Source: Geosiphon pyriformis uo1 (Eukaryota; Fungi; Glomeromycota). From it: a stretch of 64,000 nucleotides of DNA. Under the pieces are notes generated by a model. That model was given only the letters and a program-made list of their open reading frames with translations. It searched no databases and was not told the origin of the DNA. The stretch covers positions 1,026,719 to 1,090,718 of the forward strand of contig JAAOMT010000512.1 in assembly GCA_016748015.1 (NCBI GenBank), read 5' to 3'. Positions 37,024 through 51,620 of the stretch are shown here, piece after piece; positions within the stretch are counted from its first letter, which is position 1, and every line of letters starts with the position of its first letter. The translations under genes and the position numbers were made by a program.

Positions 37024-40000
37024 AAAGAACGTGAGTTGATTGCTAAAAATCATCTGCCTCAATATTTAGTAGTTTCATTTTTTTTTTAGCAGAATACAAA
37101 TGCAGAGACACATTCTTGTATATATAATTATAAAATAAATTATCAAAAAGTAGCTTTAGGATAGTCTGTATACTAGTCAATATAATCCCCTTTTTTATTG
37201 TAATAATAATAACATATCGTTTTAGAAGAACGTGATGAGAAAGGAGTTTTTCTAATATCTTCCCATTTTCCCTTATTGTATTCTAGGCCAACTTGGGAGG
37301 AATAATTTATTAGGTTGCGTTAAAATTCTTGGACAAATCCATTCTCTTTGAATTAAATCAGATTTTATGCCTATAATCTCATTAAAAACTTTGTTTTACT
37401 TTAAATATTTCCTATTTAGTCTCTAACTATTACTTTAGCACAACTTTTTACTATGGTTTATTTGCAAAAACTTGACATTTAACGATTTAACCACAAAAAT
37501 ACAGGTTATTTTTTGGGATACTATTTTAATCGCTTTATTGAATTTAGTGAACAAGCCCCCTGGTATCTCTAGTTGATCGATATTTGCTGCTTCTTTTAAT
37601 GATCAAGTTGAGCAAAACTCTGCTTATGCAAGTAAAAAAAGTTATCGCTCCCTCTTTATCATTAAATATTAGGTGCTTTGTCTCTTATTGAGTTTTGAAA
37701 TGAGTTTAGAATTCAATTTTTAATGTAAATTTGGAACTTTTTTACAATCTGACATGTTCCAAAGCCAAGATCAAGAAATTTCAATTCATTTTTATAATCG
37801 CGGGGACTCAAAATTTGAGAAAAATGAAATTTTGAGTTTAGGAACCACTAGGGATTTATCAAAGCCATAAGTTTCCAGAACCTAGATTGATAGTTTCAAA
37901 TATAGAATTTACTGGTTATCATCAATATTTGTGCGATGAACTTTGGGCGTTCAAGTTTTTTAGAAAAAACTCAATCTTGGATGCAAACCTACACCTAAAT
38001 CGGAATTCTAACCTTGACAAAAATGGCTTATAAAAACATTTTCATATTCGGTAGTGTGAAATTAATAACTTGCCGAAATGCCACTACAATCTCGTCGCTA
38101 TCAGACGTTTTCTTATAGCAAACAGAAGTTATAGGTGTAATTTGAATATCTTCTTCTGCAACAGAGTATTAGTTTTTAGACTTTTTCGAAATTATTAGGA
38201 ATCATATATTATTAAGGCTTGACCCAAAAGTTCTTGAAGCTTTTCACCAGTTTTCACATTATATTTGCATGTTATGATGATATTAAGAGACAAAATTATA
38301 TTCCGTTAACAAGCATCAGATTCTGTTATGTTTTGTACCGATTAATAAAAAGTCCCAAATTAAGAATACTTTAACCTTTAACCTAAATCTTGAAAAAAAC
38401 TTAATTTCACGGGTAATAGTAAAGGTTTATTACAATTTCAAAGGGACAGAATAATTTTTTAGTTCTATTTTTGTAAAGGCGACGTATTAGATTCAAGTTT
38501 ATATGAATTGCCGAGCAAAGATAAAAGCATGGGTACAGGAATCGCAATGGCTCCTTTCTTGTGATTAAGTTCTTGCTGATTTCTATGCCATAATTAAAAA
38601 ACAGATGCTTAAAGACAAGGAATATAATTTCACAGAGTAATACAAAAAATTGGTTTCATGTTTTATTTGAATATCTGCTTGAAAATTTGAATTTTAATCA
38701 ATACGATATAAAATATTCAAACGTTTATAATAGAGTCGGTGAATTTAGATTAAACGTTGGATTCAAGTTATCAAAATATAGACGATTTATATGATATAAA
38801 AATATAAAAATTTGTACTCAAAGTATAAAGGTCATGATAAAAAATAATTTCAAGATAAAATTTCTTTGAAAAGTTGGTAAGATTCTATTCAAATATTCGC
38901 AAAAATTTTAATTTTTAAAATTAAAAATAGAATATAGGTTAAAATCTTAATTTTGATTAATCAATAACAGTTTTATTTTTATCAAAAAATGACTTTAGTT
39001 TATTTTTTTTTATAAAGAGCCTAATTTTAAGGTATAATATTTAAATTAACTAATCTTGAAAAAGAAATAAATTATTATATTTTTTCTATATCATCTTAAA
39101 GTTTCGTTTGGCTTTTAATTTTCGTTATTAGCCTTAAAATAAAAGTTAGAAATTTTTTTTCCTTGAAAATCAATATCAGAGAAATAAAGTAGCTTAGTAA
39201 TTGAAAAAAAATTTAAAAATTTAAAAATAAAATCTATACAATGTTAGAGAAAACCAATTTTTTTTTAAAAAAAACGATGTTAGCTTGATTATGAAAAAAT
39301 TGTGTTTTTTTATTTAGTAACTAAAAATGGATAGTTTTTAATTTTTATATCAAAATATTTGAATATAAATATTATGCCTACTATATAACACTTTTTATAA
39401 ACAAAATAAAAGAGAATTCCATTAAAGAAGATAAACAAATTTGTTAAAATTCAAATCGTCAGATTTTTATACATGAAAAAAGTTTCATGAATTAGAAATT
39501 TTTTTGTTTCCCTTTTTGAGGTTCTTATTTATTTATTTTTGACATACTTCATTTTGAAAACTAATTTATCGTACAAGAAATTTGTGACTTTTACTGGTTT
39601 TCAATTTCATTTAACGAATTTTTTTTGATTCTTGAATGAACTTCTAAATATTTACTAATCATTTCCATCGTCTTTTCTTGGCTTTATAAAAAAAATATAT
39701 ACTTGTCTTTGGGGAAGAAACTCCGCCTAGTTTGAAAATCAAAAAAATTATTTACAAGACTCTTGGATGTTTTGTGGTACCATCTCAGGTCTCAAGGATT
39801 AGAACAATACTCTCTAAACAGATTTCATTTAATATTATTGTCTTAGATTAATCTTTTACAACGTTTTATTAAAAAAGATAAAACATTACTGCTGGTCTAT
39901 TGTTTATATTCCCAAATTTATCTATACAACTTTAATTTCTTTAAAAAATTTTATATAAAATAGTCATTCTGTTTAAGATTCTAAACTCGATGAGAAACAA

Positions 40001-41164
40001 ATGACATCACTTTAAGATATGCCACGCGATTCTTTTAAATTTCTTTCTGGCGACTAATTTTAGAATATTACTTCAAGTTTAAATGAGTTTTTTTGCAAAA
40101 TATTACAAGATCAAAAATCAACAATTATGCTACCAGTTTGTTGCATATTCCAAAATAAACTAATGATTAATTAAAAATTTCCATTTATGGGCAAGATAAT
40201 TTTATGCATGCAACAATTGTCATTAAAAGTTTACCCACTATTTATGGCTGTTTTTTTGTTAGCTTACTTTGGTATCCAAACTATTATTAGCTATTAATAC
40301 CACAAATTTCAAAGCCGATGAACCTAGCTTTTTTATTCACTTTATCGCTTAAAGTCATTTTTTAGCTCATTCTAATACCCTGTAAGACTGAGGGTACAAC
40401 ACCAAGAATTTACTCTGGTCTTTAAAAATTCCCATAAAGGTCCACCGATAATTTGTCTTTTATAATATGAAAAGAGAAAATGGACAATGAATATTTATTT
40501 TTAATCACTATCATAGTATCTCGGATTTTTTTTCGTCTGAATGGTAAATGAAAAGGTGATGGAATAATTCAATCGCTGCAAACCTGAAACACACCAGGAA
40601 TTCAGTACATATCATTCTATTTTTATAAGATCTGTGTGACAAAGGAGTGACATTACAGGATTATTGCATTTGCAGTTGTTAACTGGATTCGGCTCGCAAC
40701 ATATACACAAGAAAAAAAAGTTGCACGAGAACAGTGGAATTAAGTTGATTTCCCTATTTGTTTGAAACATTACATCGTTTTGGACCAATGGAAAATACGA
40801 CGCGAACACAAAAGTCAACCTGAAAATGCATAATGAATACTTTCAAACAGTGCACTCTCGAGCTGATTCCTTTTACTTTTCCTTCGTCACGACGTTTCTA
40901 TTCATATTTAATTTTGGAATTGCCCCTTTTCCCTGCTGGCCCAGGGCATTACTTTTTATTTCTAAACGTCCATATTCAACTTGGCTTGACAGGGAATAGT
41001 TCAAACAAATACGTCACCTTTTTAATAAAAATAATTGAACCTTCGAAAAAAAATACACTCAAAAAGACAGTTCACGAAGGAAATACCAATATAATATAAT
41101 ATATATCTTATATAAAGATAGAAACTCACAAAATACAACTACTGTTTTCGAAATCAATATAATA

Positions 41165-44100
41165 ATGATAAGAGGAGCTACAGGTTCCTTGTTGAGATCG
41201 TTCAGCAGTGCAGGAGGAGCCATGAAAAGAACCGAGAGCAGTTCCTCACGGAAAACAAATAAATCAGCCCCAGTAAAACTATCTATAGAAATGACACATT
41301 TAATCGTTAAAAGATGTGCCAACGAAATAGAGCAAAGAGGTAATTAACTGGTTTTTTTCTTTGAAACCGTATAAACTCTCTCCCTCTCATAATATATGAA
41401 TTGTCTGTTTGAAAGAGAACCTGAACTTTTGCTGATATCTTAATTTGAAAAATTAGGACTGCATGAAAAAGATATTTTCAAACCTGTACGCATTGGAGAA
41501 AATGCGGATGAAATTCGTGAATTAATAAACTGTATGCTGCAAGATAATCGAATGAAGTTTGAAGAGGAAATCATTCATCAAAATATTCATAATGTGGTTG
41601 CAGCTATGAAATGGGCATTAAGACATTGTGAAGTAACGTTGGTTCCTTATCAATTCTATGAGGAATTCGTGCGATTTGAGCAAGGTAAATTTTGAAAATC
41701 CTGCATAGATGAATAAGGTTACCTGACTTTAAAAAATTTAATAATTTCTCCTTCAATAATCACAAATAGAATGGGATTTTGATCCGGAGAAAGGTTCTTT
41801 CAACCAATTTTTACAATACCTTCCCAAACAAAATCAAGATATTCTTCTTTGCCTATTTAATATTTCTTCCAAAGTTACCGAGGAATCACAACTTAACCAA
41901 ATGACCGCAGAGAAGATTGTAAAATCATTAGCACTTTGTGTCTTGGGCGACCATGAGAAAAAATTCGACACTTTTGATGATGCATATTCAGAATATTCAA
42001 AATGCTCAAATGCTTGTCTTCATCTATTTCTCGCTTACCTACGAGAACAAGCACTTGGAACTCAGCTCCCACCAAGATTAACCATCTTATTGGATAATTA
42101 TCATGACGTACGAGCAAAATCAGTGGCTTCAATGTACATGTTAGGACCTCCACAATCAATGGCCCTAAGGCCAAATTATATATCTTCACAAACTAATTCA
42201 CAATATTACGCTTCTACCACCTCTTCAGTATATGAACAATCAGAATATCAAAATTCAGAATATGAAGAATCAATCAATTATTTATCTTTAAATCAGAATT
42301 CAAATGATCAATTATCGAACAATCAACTTTATCAAAAGCCTACCAATCAATATTTATCCATGGAGCAATCGTCATATAATTATGATCGCCCAATCAGTAT
42401 TTTGCGAGTAACGCGAAAAATTCCTGGTCAAGTTGAAAATCCAAATGGTGATCCAAGAAAAAACAAAGGTGTTAGTATAATTTTACCTGAGTTAGTCGGC
42501 AATATTAAAAGACAGACTGCCGTTCGTGCGAGCGCATTAATGACTGTAGAAGAACAAAGGACAGCAGAAAAATTATGGCTTGATTTTCAAACCGAAGGGA
42601 TTGGTGGTTTCTCGGATCAATTTCTCAAATTATTTTTTTCACTGGATGATCGAGATGATTTACAACTTAATTCATCTGTATTTCCAACTGTGGATAAGCG
42701 AAAGAAGAGTCGACGATGGTCAACGGATTCCAAAACTCCAAACTTTTTTAGTAGCATGAGAAATTTTCATAAATACACCATCCAGGAAAATATTCAGGAG
42801 GAAAAGAAGAACAAAGATGTTAACGAATCAGAGAATTCTAAACAAAAGCGATCACCACGACCTATTACTCTAGCGTGGAATAATTTCAAAGAATTTGGAT
42901 TTGATGGATTCTTAGGAAATAATCATTCAGACTCATCTAATCCCAACAAAAAGACATCAAGTGATGATAAAAGTAATTTTGATGTCGTTAGCATCGAGAG
43001 GATTGAAGAAATAAATGATACCTCAACGGAAAGACAACCACGTCCTTTGACCATTGCTTGGAACAATTTCAAAAGTAATGGATTCGGAGATTTGGCGGCA
43101 GAAAACATTTCAGATTCCCTTTCACTCAATAGCTCATATTTAGATTCTCCTGCTCACTCTATTTTCAGTAATGATGCATCTGTAAATGCGCTGGATGAAT
43201 CAATGATGTCAGTCAGATCAGGCAAATCTCGTAAAAGTTCAAGTAAAAGATCTTTTATTCTTCGTCGGAATATGCCGAGACGGTCACGTTCTGTTGATGA
43301 TAGGCAATCTAGGAGTATTGTTGGTCGAAATATTAATGAGGATCTTGAAGAGTGGCACATGATTGACAAAAATCAAGATTTGCCAACAACACATTTAGCC
43401 ATTGAAGCGATTGATGAGATATTTCCTTATGTTTGGATGGAGAGGACTACTGCTGAAGATAAGGACGGCTATTGGGGTGATTGGGTATTTATCGAGCCAA
43501 GGAAAGGGTTGATTAACGAATGCGAATGGATAATGATTGAAGAACAACAGCAAGTTTTTGGAAATGATTGGGGTAACCCTAATAATTACACACAATTCTC
43601 GAGGACTCGTAGTATACTTCGGCTTTCATGGTTCCGAAAGAGTTTTGCTAGTAAAAGAAATAGCCAATCAAATAATTCTCAAGGAGGTAACAAAAGAATT
43701 AAAAATCTTCCAAGTCTTCGATCTTCCTTGCATAAACAGGACAGCAATCCATCGGGCTCAAGGGTATCGAAGAAGAAAGGAAAAAAATTAGAGCAAGGTT
43801 TGGGTGATGAAAACTATGGTCGAGATGAATGGTCACAAAGAAATAATATTGATACCTCTTCAAGAGAATATATGTCTGATGCAGGAGTTGGAAGTCTTGC
43901 ATCTGACAAATATCTGCAAGAAAACTCATTTGAAAATAATCAGATACAGAATGCAAAAACATTAAATACAAATCAACAACTGAGATTTAATTCAATCGAT
44001 TCCAGAGAGCCATCCAAACCGAATTCGTTGAGGTCGCTTGAAACACCAAAACTATATTCAACGAACTCAATTGAGTCACGAAGGGTGAATCCAATAAAAT

Positions 44101-45335
44101 TATTTGAACAACCGAAACTTAATTCTTTTAAATCCCTTGAACCACCAAAATTGAATTCGATGAGATCCCTTGAACATCCGAGACTCAATTCGCTGAGATC
44201 ACTTGAGCCACCAAGAATGAAATCATACGAGTCACCCAAACTAAGTCCAATACAATCAAGTGAATCATTAAAAATTGATTCTGCGATACCAAATGACCCC
44301 ACAAAACTGCAGGTCAAGAGATCCAACGAGCAACCCAAGCCTCAGCTAATAAAATCAAGTGAATCACCCAAATTTGAATCAATAAGAGGGAATGAACAAT
44401 TGAAACCTCATCCGATGCAGTCAAGTGAACAGTTAAGACAATATCCAATCCAACAACCAGGACTTGAAATGATGAGATCAAACACCCCACCGATGAGATC
44501 AGTCGAACCTCCAAAAGTTCCAACGAGATCAAATGAGTTCCCAAAACCTCAGATGCAATCAATTCAGACTTCCAAACTTGAATCGATGAGATTTAAAGAA
44601 CTACCAAAGCCTCAGCCTATGCAATCTTATGAGGCATCAAACTCTCAATTAACTAACGTCGCAATGCTTCAACATTATACCCCAGATGTTGAACCACATC
44701 AAATATACGTTACTAAAGAGACCCTCGAAACCTCTCCCTCCAGTGGGGAACATCGACCACCAAATCGTAAAAATTTTCCATTATACACAAGTGAAGAAAA
44801 ATTGCTTCCATATAAAAATGACGAAAAATTGGAGCCACGCTCAAATAATACTACAATGCTGCGATCAGTATCTAATGATTCAGCTACATATTCCACTGAA
44901 GAAATCCTGGACTCTTATACAGCGGGGACACCTCGAACTTTTGTCGCCCCCAAAGTAACTCCTGTTGCAAATAAGGTCCGTGAGACATCAAAAAACATCG
45001 CTTCTAATGAAATAATTCGTCCAGCTAGATCTGAAGCGCGTATGGTGCATTTAAATGAACGTCATGCTGGAATTGCTTCACCGAACAAACCAAGTAAAAA
45101 GTATCCAACTCATCAAACATACCAAACCACCTCACAAAGGCTTGCCTCATCACAGGTTTCACCAAGTGAACAAGTTATCCAGGCCACTAAAGCTGCTGCG
45201 ACTTTAAAAGCCGCCAAAGACGCTGAGGCTGCCGAGATTGCTCAAAAACATCAATCAACGGTGTCTAGTACTAGCTCGATAAAACCCACAAAACCTCCGC
45301 GCAGTGATCGAAGAGTAAAAGTGGTTTCTTCTTAA
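41165..45335 (+). CDS. RhoGAP-like Msb1/Mug8-domain protein with a long disordered, repeat-containing C-terminus; 3 exons (41165-41339, 41457-41684, 41770-45335)
   Basis: Spliced N-terminus KRCANEIEQRGLHEKDIF...HNVVAAMKWALRH...LVPYQFYEEF...NQMTAEKIVKSLA...CLHLFLAYLRE...LPPRL fits the RhoGAP-fold Msb1/Mug8 domain. Splice phases are consistent. Confidence 0.78.
43981..44640 (+). repeat. Coding ~10-aa tandem repeats (RSLEPPKLNS-like)
   Basis: NSLRSLETPK, NSFKSLEPPK, NSMRSLEHPR, NSLRSLEPPR and further degenerate copies. Confidence 0.8.
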
Positions 45336-47282
45336 GACAAATCTCGTAACATCTCTAATCTTTGTAATAAATTTTTAGACCTTCATAAATATCAAGCAGT
45401 CGTGAAACTGAGTTTTATTACCATTCAATTTCGGGAAATGAAACCTTTTGCAATTTAGAAAAAGAAATTAGTTTTTTTCATTCATTTTTTTCACAACTGC
45501 TATTTATTGTCGTTTAAATTATTTTTAGCTATTCTTGTATATTAGAATCCATATAAATGTTAAGAGGGGTTAAACTTAATGGATTTCAATCAATATAAAT
45601 GTAATGCACGTGTTATTCTGGTCCAAGATTGGTATCAGCTCAGTAGACTTAATTAGCATTATATAAAAACGCCATATTTATTAACCTCTTCGAAAAGTCA
45701 AAGATATTTTTCGTGATTATACGCTTTGTTCTTTAATATTCCATGAATGGCTAGAAGATTAATGGGTTAATTTAAATAAATAGGTTTCTATTTATTTTTG
45801 ATAATTAAAACCTCAGCCATTATAAGATTAAGTTGAAATGTTAGTTTGAAATCGTACTTTACTCACAGGGATCAAATATTTTTGTTAATGAGACCAAATG
45901 ATTCGATGAGTTTACCGATTTCCGCAATGCTTAATTATTGGGCGTGAGCTGATGCGATAAAATAATTGAAGCGTTTCCAAATCAATCAAATATGAAGGGG
46001 TTTATAATAAAATCTGCTTGCAATACAAATTAACAAATGTGGAAATAGGGGAATTTGATGAAAATGAGTCATTATAAATACGAAAGATCAATGTTCGCGA
46101 TAAAAGCTCTGGGATTTTTGAGAACAAATATCAGTCGTTTGAAGACAATAAAAAAGGAAACAAATAATTTTTGTAAAAGTTAAAAAAATTTTTCCATTAA
46201 AACTCTGTTAATAAAAAGAATTTTTTTTACAATTCTCAAAAATACGATTTTTCATTCATCTAAAATTTGAAAATTCTTTGATTTTTTTGTAAAATTCAAC
46301 ATTTTAACCCAATTATATATCTGTTAACAGGTTAAATTTTTTATACCAAAAAACATAACTGTTTCACATTATTTATACATCACTTTATAATTTACTAATT
46401 TTGGTTTTAAGTTCCCTCTTGCAAATGCTAAAGTGTAAAAGTTAAAATTTGTATTGTGAAACTAAAAGGTCATCAGACTCATACCAAATAGTAGTTCATT
46501 GAAACCGAAATATACATCATTCTCCATTTTTAATTCTTCAAATCAGCCGAATTGTATTTTATCCAAAAAAATATTTATTCAAAAACGCCCGATATACGCC
46601 AAACATAGGCTGATAATGAGCGGGCTGATCTGTAACTTTTGAATGTAATCAACTATAATTATAAACTCATTAATTCTTCCGCAATATTGAACCCGTCACA
46701 CAAAGCCAAAAACCACAGAAGTTATTCAAAATTATTTTGTTTCCTTGAATTTTCAATTTGATTAATTGAGAGGCTAGAATATTATTAATATAACAACTCT
46801 TAGTATCAAAGAGATTCCAGTTGCTAGTTTGTGAATAAAATATGGATTGTAGAAAAAAGAAAAATTATACAAAGAAGAGGTATGATATGATAATAGCTGT
46901 CATTATTGGATACGATAAATAATGTGATTTATAATTGTCATGAAATTACGAAATACATGCGATGTTGGTAAGAATAATGAAAGCAGCAAGCTCAACAAAA
47001 GTATGATGCTCTAGACTACCATTTTTATCCCGGAATGCCAAATTCAAAAATTCTAACATTCTTATAAGTTCAACTAAGGGTTTTTGACCAAAGTGTTTAA
47101 AAGCAGAAAGGTACAAAAAAACCGATCGAGCAAAATGTTCAATAAATAAATATATCATGAGAGACAAGAGAAATCAAAGTGTTTTGTTTTGTTTTGTGTT
47201 TGGAATTTAGTCTTTGACAATTTGTTTGTGATCTCGGTAATGCCAACCGATCCAATTTGACGATCTCATGCTCATGTAATAA

Positions 47283-48499
47283 TTATTTTGTAAGAGTTCT
47301 GAACAAAGAGATCGGGGCCTGGAGACTTTTTCGTGCACCGGCTGAAAACATGCTACTAGTAGGAGAAGTTGGTCGACTGTTACCAGTTATTGACTTGCTC
47401 GCCTTTTCCTTCACTACGAATACTGGACACTCGGCGTGGCGCACCACATATTCTGAGACACTACCGATCAGGTTGCTACAAGGTTTTCATATAAAGAATT
47501 TAATTAATTAAAAGCTCAAATATAAAGCAAGAAATCTAGGAATGTGACTTTATGAAATTCTTGGTCAAAGGAATAAAAGTTTACCGTTTCAACAACCCTA
47601 AGCCACGTGTACCCACAACGAATAAATCAGCATGTGAATGTTCAGCAAGCTTCACCAGTTGTATTTTGGGATCGCCTTTCAGGATGTAGAAGTTCGAAGT
47701 GATCTAATTGGTTAAATTAGATAATGAATCAAATTAGAAAACATACCCAAATACGGATAAAAATCAATAATAAACTTAAATCAGAGATACTCACCCCCTT
47801 ACTTGCCAATTCCTCTGACAATGGTTTCAAAATCTCAGCAGCTTCTTGGTGTTCAGTGAAGGATAGACGCCGATTTCTTTTTCTATTTTCTGTGTGTATG
47901 AGTATTGTTGATTATTAGACCTGGGAAGGTTAGATCATCAACTAGTTATGATCCAATCACGTGCCCATTAAAAGATCGTAAACTATTGATTGGGACGCAG
48001 GGTACACGATGATGCCATTATCACATGAAGCAAATAATTATCTCCTTGCATTTTGAAATGTTATTCCGTAGTATAATAGGCCGCCAATTTGCTCACCACC
48101 GTTTTTTTCTTTAGGGAGCGAACGAAAAAAAATAAATAACTTAAGAATTTTGTACAAATGAAAATTACCAGCATTTTGAGCCCGGGAAGTGTGTGTCATC
48201 AAAAAAGCCGATTGTTCTTCGTCAACCACAGTAGCCAAAGATACGTGATCATGATTAGGAATCAAAATATTATCAAGAGCGTATTTAAAGACAAACTAGA
48301 GAAACAAGTCAAGAGAATTTAAAGACCAATAGAGTGAAAACTCGGTAAATCATTTCTCAAGAGCAAAAAATTCTCCTTGTTCAAAATTTTCACTTTTAGA
48401 AACACAACAAACCTTGCTATATTCAGAGTTATCATAGGCCATAAGAATCTTACGCCTGTGGTGAAGTTCAAGTGGTCTCTCTGGAATAGTGACAACCAT
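47283..48499 (-). CDS. Universal stress protein (USP/UspA domain), 206 aa; 5 exons (48499-48413, 48295-48169, 47889-47795, 47703-47585, 47475-47283); not recovered by the ORF track
   Basis: Exons sum to 621 nt in frame. RKILMAYDNSEYSK...KGDPKIQLVKLAEHSHADLFVVGTRGLGLLKRNLIGSVSEYVVRHAECPVFVVK contains the USP G-x2-G-x9-GSV motif. Confidence 0.92.
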
Positions 48500-50892
48500 T
48501 TTTTTGTTGAAACTTTCTCGCTTACTTTGTTCTGTATTAATTTATTTCGGTGATATATCACAATCAACCAATAAAGCGTCAGTCAAATCAATATATGTAT
48601 TTTTAAGAGAAAAAAATAGAGCTGCTGTTAGGGCGATATTCACTTCTTTTATAGCTGAGGCTTTCATAAAATATATATATTTGTAATCTAATAATTTCTA
48701 AAGGTGGCGTGGAATATGTTGTTAGGCCCAATAAACACCACTGCATTAAACAATACCACAAACGACTTGTTTAACGATAACCAAACGTCACACACGCAAA
48801 ATTTAGTGAAAAATCTTGGGAGATTGTAAATTTGTGGGAATACAAATAATTTAACCACATATATTATAGCGGGAAGTCAAAGTTTTAGTTCATCGACTCT
48901 TGGTCTCGATAAAGGAATTTGGGATTGATTTCTAATTTAAACGGTTCTTTGATTTCGTCCTAATAATCTACAATTTAATTGCTTGGAATTGGAGATTTAG
49001 AAGGAAGTTTTTCAATTTTTATTTCAAATTAATCAACTAATCCGGAGAAAACCAAAAGATATTTTTTTTTACCAATTTCATGCGGGAAACAGCGGGCTCA
49101 AAATCACACAATCTTATGACTTTCCTAAGATCACATTGTAAATGAGGAGATTTTTACTTATAGCGTACCTACTTGCATATCAATTAAAAATAACTTTTAA
49201 CTCTTGCTGGTCATCATGCGCCTAAAAACACCGAGACCACCTCGGTCCCAGGTTTTAATTTTTTAAACCCGAACTTATGATACGATGCCATCGTCGTGCG
49301 AATTCGTCAAACATTCAGGGAATGATGTGCAGCAGCCCAACATAAATTGTGAATAATTATCAGTTCTTTCGGAGGATGTTTTCAAGTTTAATTTTGAGTG
49401 ATTAGAGAAAAAAAATACTACCCGAAAAGATTGATGATCATCTTTATAACACATAAAATTAAAAGCAAATGTATTAGCTACATTTACCCGGATTTCAAAG
49501 TGAAACAGACAAGCAAAAAAAGCGCAATTTATGTTTCTATATTAGAAAATTCGATTTTTGACTTAATTTTCTAGAAATTCAGTTTTCGGGAAACAACTTA
49601 TAATGCTCACGCGACTTCCTTTATTGGAAATTTGTTTTCGAGTTTCTTGTTCAATAAGAGGGCAACGTACATCACATAGTTTTTGAAAAAGATTTAATTT
49701 TTATTTAGCAATTTCACTGTGTTTTCTATGACGATAGGTAATATATTATGGTAAGTTTCAGCAATTAAGGTTCAATGATGTCAAGTATTAGCGTCATGAT
49801 ATTTAGCATCACAGGGCTTCAAGTGTAATTGATTTACTAACTTTTTTTTGAAATTTATATTTTAATTTAACTATTTAATGTTAGTGATTGGAAACATTAA
49901 CCATGAGAAAATCATCAGCAAACTTGAAAAGCCTCGTTCACCATAAAAAGCATTTACGTTCATAAGCTAGCTCTCAAAGTGATAATTTAGAATTTTTAAT
50001 AAGAATATGTCGCACGTATTGCAGATGAAAATGAAATTTTATGCTCAAAACTTTGACTGTCCAAATATATAAATATCTGAATATTGAAGAATATTTTTCA
50101 TTTATTTGAACAAAATTTTTACTAATTTAAATGGAATCTCAGTAGTCATAAGAGCATTTAAACCAATGGAATCTTTTTCCTTTTTGTAATTACGAGATAT
50201 TCTCTTCTTTTACCTCCATTTTCAGTAATTAAATTCAATTAACTCGAAAAACTTGGATTACAAGTATAAAACACAAAACTTTTTAAAAATCTTTTATTAA
50301 ATTTGTAAATAATATTCCGATACGTCCCCTTTACCTCATAAATTGTGGTTCAACTTTCGAGAAAATATTAAAATTCACCTTTTATTATCAAATTTCATAA
50401 TTTATCGTGTGGCAAGACATGCGTACACATTAAAGGAGTCAGTAAAGAGTAACATTGAAATTTAGAAATGGTAATTTTCGATTATAATTTTCTGCCAATA
50501 AAAAGAATGAACATAGATCATATTTTCATGGATATTCAACCACAACATTTAAGGTTTAATTTGCTTTGACAAATATTGGGGTTTCCCACGCGAAAATCAC
50601 GTCTAAATAAACTTTCAAAATGGGACTTATGGAATAAGTAGCTAGATTCATGGTTTTACTTAATGAAAAGCTAGGGTAAGATGGTAATTCTGTTAAGATG
50701 GTCATATGGTAGAAGATATTAAGTCGTAAAACTTTTTACATTCAAACTTTATTATTTGAATAAACAGAGCTTGGCTAATTGAAGTTAGAAATAATAATCT
50801 TTGGCTTTTTATGGATTAATAAATAAATTTAAACTATTTATAATTTGAGCTTGGTTTTGATAATACTATTACATTATTTTACTAATTTTGTT

Positions 50893-50894
<2 letters not shown>

Positions 50895-50981
<87 letters not shown>
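50895..50981. repeat. (TTA)n microsatellite, ~29 units
   Basis: Pure TTA run; it is the source of the spurious poly-L and poly-Y ORFs. Confidence 0.95.
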
Positions 50982-51059
50982 GGGATTTCCGTTTCCGCCC
51001 AGCTCCAAAGATTCACGCCTGCATGTGCGAGATCTTGAAAGTCATTCGCTCGAAGTTAT

Positions 51060-51620
51060 TAGTACTGTACTGTATCGAGATTGTCCCATAAGAGTGCTTA
51101 AATCAACACAAATGCCAATCCTCACGGATAAACAAAGATATTCTTCATTGCATTTGAAATGAGCGTCACTTTAATATTCCTAGAAATTAGTAGGATATAT
51201 TGATTTCTGGGGAGTCAATGATATAAAATATATAATCTCGGAATTACAATAGGCCGGACACCTTGTAACCCAGCTGCTTAAAATATGTGGCTTCATCTTG
51301 AGCGCCAGCATAAAACATTACAGAACACAATGCCAGGATTTTGTCGAGCAGGAAATGGTTCCTGTTGATGGTTAATCAAATAAGGCTATGATATTAAGCT
51401 AATTTTTTCTTGGCAAAGCCACTAATTAGCCCATAAGACTATAAGATTCAAAAGAGTCCAATCCCACTGTGATTCGTTGAGGAAAATAATTTTTGGAGGC
51501 TTAATAAGTTGTGTAGCAATTGACACTAGGCGTTTTTGACCATGGAAACACCGTGTAAAAATTGGTTTCAATCTTGGAAGCCCCAATACTTTGCAAGCCG
51601 AGTTGTGAATGAAAAAACTT
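51060..51620 (-). pseudogene. ABCG (White-family) transporter pseudogene
   Basis: With frameshifts and stops it reads QLGLQSIGASKIE / GVS-GQKRLVSIATQLIKPPKIIFLNE (signature and Walker B) / TVGLDSFESYSLM (D-loop) / IIALFD*PSTGT (decayed IHQPS) / LDKILALCS..FYAGAQDEATYFKQLGY / NAMKNIFVY-VRIG (TMD start). A weaker upstream trace may extend to ~52120. Confidence 0.8.

Noticed and set aside
34124-44958. Many short antisense or alternative-frame ORFs inside the Cu-ATPase and Msb1-like genes
   Set aside because: Shadows of long coding exons with no independent motifs.
50845-51162. Poly-Leu and poly-Tyr ORFs
   Set aside because: Artefacts of the (TTA)n microsatellite.
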